A stretch of DNA of 28,407 nt from Candidatus Profundicultor aquiphilus (lineage in GTDB: Bacteria > Atribacterota > Atribacteria > Atribacterales > Caldatribacteriaceae): positions 1-28,407 of the forward strand of contig JABUEZ010000001.1 of assembly GCA_013314795.1 (NCBI GenBank). Reading direction: 5' to 3'. The position numbers were made by a program, and so were the translations under genes. The notes beneath the pieces are model-generated. The model had not been told where the DNA came from. It did no database searches and was given only the letters and a program-made list of their open reading frames with translations. Each line of letters opens with the position of its first letter. Position 1 is the first letter of the stretch. This document shows, piece by piece, positions 1-8,658 of the stretch.

Positions 1-274
1 TGGTCCCATAATAATAGGCCTTTATCATCACCGCCGAGGCCACTCCACAATTTCTGGTATTGCTCCAGTCTCCAGGAGGAACCTGAGGCAAAAAGGGAAC
101 ATCGAGGAGAATACGAGTGCCAGAATTCTCGACAAAACGAGCAGATACCCCACTCTCCAGATCAGGGCTGGAAAGATCAGGATTGGAAGGTAGTACCCCA
201 AGCTGCGGCGCGCAACCAGCAAGAAGCACGACTGCAAACCCTACCACTACCACGAGACTGGACCACTTCTTCAT
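1..274 (-). CDS. Predicted lipoprotein with a C39-like (Peptidase_C39_2) cysteine peptidase domain; partial, runs off the left edge
   Basis: Manual translation from ATG at 274 (SD AAGGGGG upstream): MKKWSSLVVVVGFAVVLLAGC (lipobox LAGC) APQLG...ILLDVPFLPQVPPGDWSNTRNCGVASAVMIKAYYYGT. The LxVP..Q......CG.AS..M...YY pattern is typical of the start of C39-like domains. No stop before the edge, so not in the ORF track. Confidence 0.8.
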   Translation of the reverse strand, partial: MKKWSSLVVVVGFAVVLLAGCAPQLGVLPSNPDLSSPDLESGVSARFVENSGTRILLDVPFLPQVPPGDWSNTRNCGVASAVMIKAYYYGT

Positions 275-332
275 CACGACACCCCCTTCTTTCCGAAGAG
301 GGGGAGGGGCGTTCTTCCACAAGTCCAAAAAA

Positions 333-428
333 ATAAGGAACTTGGCAGCCCGGCCACCATGGCTTTTCGCTTTAGGTCCGTGGCTTTGTGCCCTCCCCTT
401 TCGGAGAGTTTACCCTTTCATTTCCTAC
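333..428 (-). promoter_or_regulatory. Cyclic di-GMP-I (GEMM) riboswitch aptamer
   Basis: Minus strand reads AGGAAAUGAAAG-GGUAAA-CUCUCC-GAAA-GGGGAG-GGCAC-AAAGCCACGGACCUAAAGCGAAAAGCCAUGGUGGCCGGGCUGCC-AAGUUCCUU. It has the GNRA-capped P2, AAAGCC...GGCUGCC P3, CCUAA/AUGG receptor, and P1 AGGAA/UUCCU. It lies in the 5' UTR of the lipoprotein gene. Confidence 0.9.
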
Positions 429-434
429 CTATAA

Positions 435-461
435 TTATCGACCGAGAAGGCAAAAACTTTA
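435..461 (-). promoter_or_regulatory. Sigma28 (FliA/SigD)-type promoter
   Basis: TAAAGTTT (461-454), 11-nt spacer, GTCGATAA (442-435). Consensus is TAAAGTTT-N11-GCCGATAA, so one mismatch. The predicted start (~428) coincides with the 5' end of the riboswitch. Confidence 0.7.
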
Positions 462-498
462 GGGGGCAGAAAGAAAAAATCCTGTAAAATTTTAAAAA

Positions 499-2052
499 TT
501 ACCTGAAAAAGAATCCGGTATGAAACTGCTGATTTTTCCCTTCTTTCATTTTCTCATAGATCTTTGCAAACTCACACTCTGTTTCCTCAAACGCCTTGAG
601 AATGGCGGGATCAAAATGAGAGGGCATGGTCCGCCCATCTCCCTGAAGGATGATCCGGCAAGCCGTTTCATGATCAAACGCAGGTTTATAGGGCCTTGCA
701 CTTCTCAGGGCATCATACTGGTCTACAATGTTGACAATTCTGGCCTCAAGGGGTATTTCCTCACCCTTCAACCCTTTGGGATATCCACTCCCATCCCATC
801 GTTCATGGTGAAAGAGAGCAATGTTCCGTGCCATCTTCAACTTGGCATGCTCGCCAATAATCACTGCCCCATAGATGGTGTGCTGTTTGACCTTTTCCCA
901 CTCCTCCGGAGTTAATTTTTCGGGCTTCCGGAGGATCTCTGGAGAAAGATGAATCTTTCCCACGTCGTGCAAAGCCGCCTGCAGTCGAATCCCGTTAATG
1001 AACCTTTCCTCCATTCCCAGCCACCTGGCGATAAGGGCACTGTATTCACCGACCCGCAAAATATGATTCCCCACATCCTCGTCATGGACCTCTGCCACCC
1101 GGGCCAGAGCAAAAACGGTATATACAAAAGCTTCCTCCGTTTCTCTCATCTGTCCTGCGAGAGATTGAAAAAAGAGACACTGCATTACCAGATGATCAAG
1201 AACCGACGCATCGTACTCCGAAACTGGCCTTCCATAGTTCAACGCCACCACCACCAGGTGGTGGCTGAAATAGCCCACCATATTGGAAATCTTAATGTCA
1301 TAAAGACTCAAACGTCCGCGCAGGGCCACGACAAGGGGGTCTTCTTCCATATCCTGGTTATAGAAAAGAATCCTGGTTTCGGAAGGCAAGATAGGTAAAC
1401 ACCCAAGGTTAACAGGATTTCTCTCCACCTTATCAAAGGCAAAATAGTATTGATGCCACTGGCAGGCTCCTTTCTGGTCAGGAATACCAAGGAAGAGGAG
1501 CTCCGGTTTTTCTCGATCTTTCGCGTTTTTGCGCAATATCTGGCTCACCAGAATGCGGTCCACATCTCCAATGAAATCAAACTCCACCGGTTTAAACGTC
1601 CGGATCAAGTTCTTGCCAAAAGATGTAAGGTGCATAATACCGGCATAGGCAGAATTGAGCTGGTCATTTAGAGCCTTGACACGCAAAAGCATCCTGATTC
1701 TCGCCAGCACCTCAGCTTTATCAAAAGGTTTGGAGAGGAAATCCTCCGCCCCAGCCTCAATGGCCCTGATACGCTCTTCTTTGGCCGTAAGAGAGGTAAT
1801 CATCACCACAGGGATGTTCCGCAAAGATTTATCCTCTTTAATCTTTTGACACACTTCAAAACCATCCATCTCAGGCATCATGACATCAAGAAGCACGGCG
1901 TCAAAATGCTCTTTATTGAGCCGGAACAGTGCTTCTCTACCACTTTCAACCTTCACAACCTCATATCCCTGTGGCACCAACAACACCTCAAGCAAAACAA
2001 GATTCGAAGGTTCATCATCCACGCAGAGAATCCTGGGTTTACCGCTCATCAT
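499..2052 (-). CDS. Response regulator: REC, GAF-like middle region and HD-GYP c-di-GMP phosphodiesterase (RpfG-like)
   Basis: REC motifs ILCVDDE, LLDVMMP, FLSKP. HD-GYP motifs [43 protein letters not shown]. The middle region ends [24 protein letters not shown], resembling a GAF C-terminus. Confidence 0.93.
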   Translation of the reverse strand: MMSGKPRILCVDDEPSNLVLLEVLLVPQGYEVVKVESGREALFRLNKEHFDAVLLDVMMPEMDGFEVCQKIKEDKSLRNIPVVMITSLTAKEERIRAIEAGAEDFLSKPFDKAEVLARIRMLLRVKALNDQLNSAYAGIMHLTSFGKNLIRTFKPVEFDFIGDVDRILVSQILRKNAKDREKPELLFLGIPDQKGACQWHQYYFAFDKVERNPVNLGCLPILPSETRILFYNQDMEEDPLVVALRGRLSLYDIKISNMVGYFSHHLVVVALNYGRPVSEYDASVLDHLVMQCLFFQSLAGQMRETEEAFVYTVFALARVAEVHDEDVGNHILRVGEYSALIARWLGMEERFINGIRLQAALHDVGKIHLSPEILRKPEKLTPEEWEKVKQHTIYGAVIIGEHAKLKMARNIALFHHERWDGSGYPKGLKGEEIPLEARIVNIVDQYDALRSARPYKPAFDHETACRIILQGDGRTMPSHFDPAILKAFEETECEFAKIYEKMKEGKNQQFHTGFFFR

Positions 2053-2057
2053 CCCCC

Positions 2058-2429
2058 TTAGCTCCTTTCCCCCATGATTTTTCTGACGAGCTCCATCAAT
2101 TCCCTCGTATGGATTGGTTTGGCCAAATAACCGTCCACCCCGGCACGCACAATCTCTTCCTGCTCGCTTCTCATAGCAAAAGAAGTAACAGCGATAATTT
2201 TAATTCCCCGGGTAGAAGGATTATCCTTGAGAACTTTGATAGTGGTCAGGCCATTCATAACCGGCATCTGGATGTCCATGAGGATGAGATCCGGTTTCCA
2301 TGCTGCAGCCATTCGTATTCCTTCTTCACCGTTTGGAGCTTCAGCAACCTCATACTGGAAAAAGGCTAGAAGATCGTGCAATAATTTCCTGCTATCACTA
2401 TCGTCATCAACGATGAGAATTTTATTCAT
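2058..2429 (-). CDS. Single-domain response regulator (DivK/CheY-like)
   Basis: [34 protein letters not shown]; 123 aa. Confidence 0.93.
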   Translation of the reverse strand: MNKILIVDDDSDSRKLLHDLLAFFQYEVAEAPNGEEGIRMAAAWKPDLILMDIQMPVMNGLTTIKVLKDNPSTRGIKIIAVTSFAMRSEQEEIVRAGVDGYLAKPIHTRELMELVRKIMGERS

Positions 2430-2853
2430 TCCGCCCTCCTCCTCAACAGTCCTTCAAGAGTAGAGAGAAAGACATTCTGAGAAAACTTACCCTTTTCAAG
2501 GATTGCATCCACTTTTTGTAAAAGTCCAGTCTTTTTTCTATAGACAACTCCATGGCGGTCAGAACAACGACCGGGATGCGGGAAAATTCCTCTACAGTTT
2601 TAAGCAACTCGATCACCTCGAAACCACTCATATCAGACATCATGAGATCAAGCACCAGAAGATCTGGAGTACTTTCTCCAATCATCCTCAATCCCTCTCT
2701 TCCCGAAGAAGCAACTCGAACCTTATATCCCCTTTCCCCGCAACGCTCCTTCTATGATTTCCCTCTCCAGTTGGTCATCTTCAATAACCAGAATTTTTCG
2801 GTCTCCCGGAACACTAAAAGCTTCCTCACTCTTCCCCGAAGGAGCAGCCCCCC
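2426..2853 (-). pseudogene. Frameshifted REC domain; probably the C-terminal receiver of a hybrid histidine kinase
   Basis: Three frames rejoin into [73 protein letters not shown]...[48 protein letters not shown]. This needs one base fewer at C6 2848-2853, one fewer at C4 2729-2732, and one more at T6 2532-2537. The restored TGA overlaps the next ATG (ATGA at 2426-2429). Confidence 0.8.
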
Positions 2854-5093
2854 ACCGCAGAAGTTCTTTTCACCGGAAGAGTAAATGTAAAGCAACTCCC
2901 TTTACCGTACTCGCTCTCTACCCAGATTTTTCCTCCGTGGAGCTCTACAAGGCGCTTGGTGAGCGCAAGACCCAGCCCAGCACCTTCGTGCTTCTTAGTA
3001 TAGGGAGATTCAAGCTGAGTAAATTCTTGGAAGAGCTTAGGAATGTCCTCCGATTTGATACCCATTCCGGTATCCTTAACACTGATTTCCAGAAAGTCAT
3101 CGCTTGCCCGCCTGGCTATTACCTCTACTGAACCACCTTCCGGAGTAAATTTCACGCCATTACTCAGCAGATTAAAGAGTATCTGTTTGAGCTTTCGTTC
3201 ATCAGCCTCGACTTCGATGTCAGCCTCAGGGAAAATGGTCAACTCCATTTTTATACGGTGCTTCATGGCTTTCTCTCGCAGTAACGATACCGAGGATTCA
3301 AGCACTTCTTTGAGCCGGAATTTCTCCAGATTCAATTCCATTTTGCCAGATTCAATTTTGGAAAGGTCCAGAATATCGTTGATAAGATCCAGAAGATGCT
3401 GGGAACTTTTGTGGACAATTTCCACATATTCCCTTTGTTTTTCATTCAGTTCCCCGTAAAGGCCGTCTCTCAGGATTTCAGTAAACCCAATGATGGCATT
3501 GAGAGGAGTCCGCAGTTCATGGCTCATGTTGGACAGAAAGTCCGATTTGGCCCTGGAAGCCTCACTCAATCTTAAATTTACTTCGTGTAGAGCTCTCTCG
3601 CGCTCCTCCAATTCCCAGTTCATGGTTTTCAGTTCCTCGTTCATGGCCCGGAGTTCCTGATTGAGCCGTAACAGGTCTTCAGATAGCTCTTTCTGCGACA
3701 GGCTGGCCTTCAGTTCTTGAATGCCTATGACCATTTGATACGTCATTCTTCCGATCATTTCTCGTAATTCTTCTTCATCAAATCCCCGGACTGAACCCAA
3801 CTCCAGCGCCCCCATTACGTTTTCTCGATAGAAAAGGGGAATGGCCACCACCTCCCGGGGGAAAATCGTTCTTGAAACCATATTCACCGAGAGGGATATT
3901 TCCGATGGGATATCCTGAAACCGTACCATCCTCCGGTGCCGAATACACTCATAAATTATTCTGTCTGGTTCAAGTGGTTTTTCAACCCCAAAGGAAGCCA
4001 CCGCCTCTATCTCCTCTCCTTCCACAAGATACATCACGCCCAAATCCATGTATCCGCACCGGTTTAGATACGATAACACCTCAACACCCAGATCCTCCAT
4101 GCACTCAAAACTTTTGTTGAAAATAGCCAGAAAACCAGCGTATATTCTTTCTGCTTTTTCTTTCCGTTGTAAAGCTTCAGCAAGCACCGTCCTCCGGTAA
4201 GCAAAAAACCCATTGAGCAGGACCATGCACATAATAAAAATAAATATGCTGTCCCGAAGAGGCCGCACTGACGCAAGGATAGCCCTCAGAGGTCGCTGAA
4301 CGACGACTCCCAGCCCCAGTGTTTCCAGCAAACCATAAACAACCACCACCTTTTCTCTCCTCAAAGGGTCATACACTATCTCTCTCTTTACTTCGCCTTC
4401 CTTAAGGCCGATAATCGCGGGAAATTCCTCACCAAATACTCCCCCAGAGTGATAAACCACACCTCCCTTTTTATCGGTGATCACAATCATTTCCTCTGGG
4501 AAAACTTTTATCTTCGCTACCATCTCTTCAAGGTAACCCTCTGGATACACCATGAGCAAAACAGCCACATTATCTCCTTCAGCAGATTTCAGGGGGGTCA
4601 GTATAAGTATGGCAGGAGCTTCACCCGGCATCAGAGCAAAAAAACCTGATAAAGGGGACCAGGTTTGCGCAAATTGCCGAAACCAGACCTGGTGAGATAC
4701 ATCGCTTCCCGGAAGTACTCTCCCTTCAGGATATTGGGCCAGGACATTCCCTTCTGGGGACAGAACCATAGCAGACTCCATTACCCCTGAAACGGTCACC
4801 AGATTTTCTAAATGCCCGGTAACCTCTTCCCAATTTTTTTCCATCAAGGAAACCCTCAAAGAAGGACGGGCAACATACGATTCTCCAAGCTTCAGGGCTT
4901 CTTCAAATCGCCCCGAAAAAGATTCGACCATAGCCTGAAGACGATCTTCCTCTTTCTGGAATGCATCCTTTTCCAATATGCCTGTGAAAAGAAACTGAAC
5001 ATACAGGAGAAACAGCAAAAAGGGAAGGACACCGAAGAACACTTCTTTGAGGGCAATCCAGGGAAAGATCGCTTTTCTCTTCGTAAAGCTCAC
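2826..5093 (-). CDS. Membrane sensor histidine kinase (TM, Cache-like, TM, GAF, coiled coil, HisKA, HATPase_c)
   Basis: H box [18 protein letters not shown] box [16 protein letters not shown] boxes VKDTGMGI and GAGLGLAL, and [14 protein letters not shown]. Two hydrophobic segments flank an extracytoplasmic domain. Start moved from 5279 to GTG 5093, just after the cheR stop. Confidence 0.9.
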   Translation of the reverse strand: MSFTKRKAIFPWIALKEVFFGVLPFLLFLLYVQFLFTGILEKDAFQKEEDRLQAMVESFSGRFEEALKLGESYVARPSLRVSLMEKNWEEVTGHLENLVTVSGVMESAMVLSPEGNVLAQYPEGRVLPGSDVSHQVWFRQFAQTWSPLSGFFALMPGEAPAILILTPLKSAEGDNVAVLLMVYPEGYLEEMVAKIKVFPEEMIVITDKKGGVVYHSGGVFGEEFPAIIGLKEGEVKREIVYDPLRREKVVVVYGLLETLGLGVVVQRPLRAILASVRPLRDSIFIFIMCMVLLNGFFAYRRTVLAEALQRKEKAERIYAGFLAIFNKSFECMEDLGVEVLSYLNRCGYMDLGVMYLVEGEEIEAVASFGVEKPLEPDRIIYECIRHRRMVRFQDIPSEISLSVNMVSRTIFPREVVAIPLFYRENVMGALELGSVRGFDEEELREMIGRMTYQMVIGIQELKASLSQKELSEDLLRLNQELRAMNEELKTMNWELEERERALHEVNLRLSEASRAKSDFLSNMSHELRTPLNAIIGFTEILRDGLYGELNEKQREYVEIVHKSSQHLLDLINDILDLSKIESGKMELNLEKFRLKEVLESSVSLLREKAMKHRIKMELTIFPEADIEVEADERKLKQILFNLLSNGVKFTPEGGSVEVIARRASDDFLEISVKDTGMGIKSEDIPKLFQEFTQLESPYTKKHEGAGLGLALTKRLVELHGGKIWVESEYGKGSCFTFTLPVKRTSAVGGCSFGEE

Positions 5094-5095
5094 CT

Positions 5096-5929
5096 CTATC
5101 TCATTTTCTGAAAAACATTGCTCCGGGGAATCACTTCCCGATACTCCGTCACCACATCTTCGGGCAGAACTTCTGTTTCTCCCAGCACAAGATATCCTCT
5201 GGGGAAAAGAGAGCGCGACACAATCCGAAACACCCTTCCGGCTATCTCCCGCTTCAAATATATAATCACATTCCGGCACAGGACCAGACGATAACTCGAA
5301 AACAAACCTTCCCTGGGAATCGTACCATTCGTAATATCGTGATATACAAAATGCACCATTTTCCTGATCCCTTCTGAAAGCACATACTTTTCTCCCTTTT
5401 GCCGGAAGTACTGATCAAGGGACACTTTTTTAACTTCCTGCAGGGCTTTCCCTTCGTACTCGGCTTTTCTGGCCTTCTCCAGAGCATCCAGGTCTACGTC
5501 GGTAGCAACAATCAACGGCTCCAAAGTCGTGTTTTTCAGTATCAACTCCCTTAGAAGAATAGCGACCGAATATGGTTCTTCCCCCTCACCGCAACCAGTA
5601 CTCCACATCCTGACCTGTTCCCCTGTATGCCATCTGCAAAGCTCCAGTAAAACAATCTCTCCAACCACTACAAAGGTCAAGGATCCCCGGAAAAACTCGC
5701 TCACATTAAAATCAACCATTGAAGAAGGACATCTATTTCCTCAGAATGTTCTCGGAGATAATCAAGGTAGCACGAATAATCTTCCAAGTCCAAAGCCTTA
5801 AGGCGGATTTGTATCCCACGTAAAATGGTATCCTGACGGTAAAGAGTAAATTCAATACCTCTTTTTTTTCTTTAGATAGGAATAAAGGGAACCAAGGATT
5901 GCTTCCAGTTCGTCCTTCTCCAGAACCAT
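5096..5929 (-). pseudogene. cheR: CheR-type protein-glutamate methyltransferase with two frameshifts in the N-terminal part
   Basis: ORF 5096-5719 carries [45 protein letters not shown]. Upstream frames give MVLEKDELEAILGSLYSYLKKK/RGIEFTLYRQDTILRGIQIRLKALDLEDYSCYLDYLREHSEEIDVLLQWLI/FNVSEFFR, the missing CheR N-domain. Shifts are at T8 5862-5869 (one extra base) and A4 5708-5711 (one missing). Confidence 0.85.
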
Positions 5930-6082
5930 TATACCAGCTTCTCGTCTTCCAAGTTAGAGTCAAGTTACCGAAAAAATGACCAATCTTCTTGAGCGGTACA
6001 TCTTGAAAAAATCCTCGGGGAATAAACTCTCTCAAAATCCAGTTTTCATTACCGAAAACCATCATACAGGGGAGGGGAAAAA

Positions 6083-7147
6083 GTGCGGTGGGTTTTTGTC
6101 CTTTCAGGTTTGCTGTTTCTTGCCTTTTTCGTGGTTTTTCCCAGCTTCAGCGTCGAAGCCGCTACATACTGGCATTTTACCATTCAAGCCCAGGGAGATG
6201 ACGGTGAAGAAGAGTGGCTCTGGGTGACGTTGCGCGAGGTGCCCAAAAAAACCTACCACGCCCAGATTCACCAGAAGGTTCTGAGCCTGGGTGGAAAGGG
6301 ATTGAGTGGGGCTCGCCTCATCCAGGTTCGAGCTAAGGCCTGGCGTAAAGCCTATCGAACCGAGGAAAGTTTTCCTTGTGACACCTATCTTCCCAAATTC
6401 GGAAAACGCGTCAAATACTGGCAGGAAAGCTGGAGCAACTGGGTTTTTTGTCAGGGCCAGATTTTACCCCCAAGTGCTGAAGAAAAAGCTCTCCACTTTT
6501 CACCCTATTTTGAGCTCAGCCCTATGCGTGCTCATGACGTCCAGAAAATACTCAACCGGGAGAGGCGATTCCTCACCATCACAGAACTTCCAGGAGAGGA
6601 AGTGAAAGGAAGGTTTAACATCTATGCAATTGAGTACCTCGATCCGCTCATGCACTACGAGGATACCTGTCGTTCCAAAAAATGGGCAGAACACTATCGT
6701 CCAATTCTTCTACGCCTTGACCTTCACAGTGGATACCGGGAGATTGGACGGGGCTTTGCTACGGTCGAAGTCTTCGACCATCTGATTCTCACTTATTCTC
6801 TGTATCGTTCTCATTCTCCGGAACACCGTTTCTTCGGAAAAAGAATTGCTAATTTTGGCAGCATTCAGGAATTCTATATCAGCCAGGAACTGGCCTTTGA
6901 GGAAACACTGCTCGGTGAAGAAGAAACCGAAAGCGGTAATGAAACTATAGGTTTCCCTGAAGAAAATGCAGAAACTGAGATAGACGAAGAAATCATGGTC
7001 TTCACCGAAGAAGAAACCAGCGAAGAAGTGATGACGTTCACCCCGGAAGAAATCGATCTCTCAGAGGAAGAAGGTGTGGAAGTAATCTGGCGCAAAGGGG
7101 AAACCCCAGAAGATGTGATGGTCTTCACCGAAGAAGATACAAGATAA
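6083..7147 (+). CDS. Hypothetical secreted protein with an acidic, repeat-containing C-terminal tail
   Basis: GTG start with SD GGAGGGG; signal-peptide-like MRWVFVLSGLLFLAFFVVFPSFSVEA; Glu-rich tail. No family recognised. Confidence 0.75.
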   Translation: MRWVFVLSGLLFLAFFVVFPSFSVEAATYWHFTIQAQGDDGEEEWLWVTLREVPKKTYHAQIHQKVLSLGGKGLSGARLIQVRAKAWRKAYRTEESFPCDTYLPKFGKRVKYWQESWSNWVFCQGQILPPSAEEKALHFSPYFELSPMRAHDVQKILNRERRFLTITELPGEEVKGRFNIYAIEYLDPLMHYEDTCRSKKWAEHYRPILLRLDLHSGYREIGRGFATVEVFDHLILTYSLYRSHSPEHRFFGKRIANFGSIQEFYISQELAFEETLLGEEETESGNETIGFPEENAETEIDEEIMVFTEEETSEEVMTFTPEEIDLSEEEGVEVIWRKGETPEDVMVFTEEDTR

Positions 7148-7215
7148 AATTCCCTTTTCATGCGGCGCAATGAACTCGACCCCGAAATGATAGCACATTG
7201 TTACATTATTAACTA

Positions 7216-7248
7216 TTTACAAAATACTATCACTCTTTTATAGTATTT
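7216..7248 (+). promoter_or_regulatory. Sigma70-type promoter overlapped by an inverted repeat (candidate operator)
   Basis: TTTACA (7216-7221), 17 nt, TATAGT (7239-7244). Inverted repeat AAATACTAT (7222-7230), N9, ATAGTATTT (7240-7248). Confidence 0.55.
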
Positions 7249-7275
7249 CCATAACCCTTTTGGAGGAGGGATACC

Positions 7276-7773
7276 ATGAAACGCTTGACACCCAATTTAC
7301 CTCGGAAAATTTACGAGTTCCCCGACGGCCAGCTCCGATTGGTCAACTGGCGAGAAATACCACCCATGGAACTCGGCAACTGGGCCGGACTCCACGGTAA
7401 GATGGAAACCGAACTCATCGTATGCAAGGAAACTACCGGTTCCAAAATGGTGGTGGTGGGTCGTTCGGTTTTCTTTCCCGGAGCCTATCATGACCCCCAC
7501 TTTCATCTTTACGCCGAGGAAGTCCTGTACTGCCTCAGCGGCAAAGGTATTGCCGGAAGTGGGGATAAAGAGTACCTGCTCACCCCTGGTGACGTCCAGT
7601 TCGCCGCGGTGGGGGAAACACACTGGCTTCGAAATCCTTTCTCGGAACCCCTGGAATTCATCTGGATATATAGTGGTAACGGAGTGAACATGCCCAGTGA
7701 AAGCGGATACTGCACTTCGGACCTCTTCAAAGAAGCCGAAGAAATCATCAGGAAAAATCAGATTCCTGAATAA
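7276..7773 (+). CDS. Cupin domain protein
   Basis: Cupin motif 1 HDPHFHLYAEEVLYCLSGKG and motif 2 PGDVQFAAVGETHWLRN; strong SD GGAGG. Confidence 0.85.
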   Translation: MKRLTPNLPRKIYEFPDGQLRLVNWREIPPMELGNWAGLHGKMETELIVCKETTGSKMVVVGRSVFFPGAYHDPHFHLYAEEVLYCLSGKGIAGSGDKEYLLTPGDVQFAAVGETHWLRNPFSEPLEFIWIYSGNGVNMPSESGYCTSDLFKEAEEIIRKNQIPE

Positions 7774-7788
7774 TCGAGGAAGGATAAC

Positions 7789-8613
7789 ATGGAGAGTTTA
7801 GCACTGAAAGCCCAGAGCGTGCTTCGTCTTTTTTCTCTGGAGGGAAAGGTTGCCTTAGTAACCGGGGGCGGTAAAGGCCTTGGGGAAGCCATGGCCTACG
7901 CCCTTGCCGGGGCCGGGGCCCATGTAGCCGTCGCCGGGAAAACCTTTGCTAACGTAGAAAGAGTAGCTCGGGAGATCTCTGCCATGGGAAGGCATTCCCT
8001 GGCTATTGAAGTTGAAGTAAGGGACAAACAACAGGTAGAGAAAATGGTTGCTCAGGTGATGGAAGAATTTGGACGTCTTGACATCCTCATCAACAACGCC
8101 GGTTTTGCCGATGTAAAACCCATTACTGAATTCCCCCTGGAACTGTGGGAGTACATCATGGACGTTAATGCCAAAGGAACATTCCTCTGCTCTCAGGAAG
8201 CCGCCAAAGTGATGTTGAAGCAGAAAAAGGGGAAAATCATCAATATCTCTTCTCTGCAAGGTTCGGTGGGAAGACCCAAAGATCCTGCGTATGCCGCCAG
8301 CAAAGCGGCAGTCAATCTTATGACCATGTCCATGGCCTGTGAATGGGGAAAAGAGGGAATCTGTGTCAACGCCATTGCTCCCACCTGGTGCTGGACAGAC
8401 CTCACCGCCCCTCACCTGCAAAAGGAAAAATTCTATCAGGCATTGCAAAAAAGAATTCCCCAGGGACGAGCCGGCAATCGCGAGGACCTTTTCGGCATAG
8501 TGGTTTTTCTGGCTTCCGATGCTTCAGATTTCATAAACGGGGCCATCATTCCTGTGGACGGAGGAGCCATCGCCTGCGACGGTTTCCCCGAAGTTGAAGA
8601 CTCTGGAGAATAA
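7789..8613 (+). CDS. Short-chain dehydrogenase/reductase (gluconate 5-dehydrogenase/KduD-like)
   Basis: VALVTGGGKGLG, LDILINNAG, IINISS, catalytic YAASK, IPQGRAG...DL.GIVVFLASDASDFINGAIIPVDGG. Confidence 0.9.
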   Translation: MESLALKAQSVLRLFSLEGKVALVTGGGKGLGEAMAYALAGAGAHVAVAGKTFANVERVAREISAMGRHSLAIEVEVRDKQQVEKMVAQVMEEFGRLDILINNAGFADVKPITEFPLELWEYIMDVNAKGTFLCSQEAAKVMLKQKKGKIINISSLQGSVGRPKDPAYAASKAAVNLMTMSMACEWGKEGICVNAIAPTWCWTDLTAPHLQKEKFYQALQKRIPQGRAGNREDLFGIVVFLASDASDFINGAIIPVDGGAIACDGFPEVEDSGE

Positions 8614-8618
8614 CTCTT

Positions 8619-8646
8619 TTGCCCCAGGCTCAACCACCTGGGGCAA
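8619..8646. terminator. Hairpin between convergent genes
   Basis: TTGCCCCAGG, 8-nt loop, CCTGGGGCAA (10-bp stem). U-tracts are weak on both sides. Confidence 0.45.
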
Positions 8647-8658
8647 TTTCCAACCCCC

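Noticed and set aside
2443-2691. Stand-alone 82-aa response regulator
   Set aside because: Lacks the first REC strand and acidic pocket, which lie in another frame; it is the middle piece of a frameshifted domain.
5094-5279. 62-aa N-terminal extension of the kinase in the ORF track
   Set aside because: Overlaps the conserved cheR C-terminus; GTG 5093 follows the cheR stop directly.
5733-6065. 110-aa minus-strand ORF upstream of cheR
   Set aside because: Off-frame reading of the intergenic region and the broken cheR N-terminus.
6995-7137. 20-nt direct repeats as a CRISPR-like array
   Set aside because: Only two exact copies, in frame within a coding region, with irregular spacing and no cas genes.
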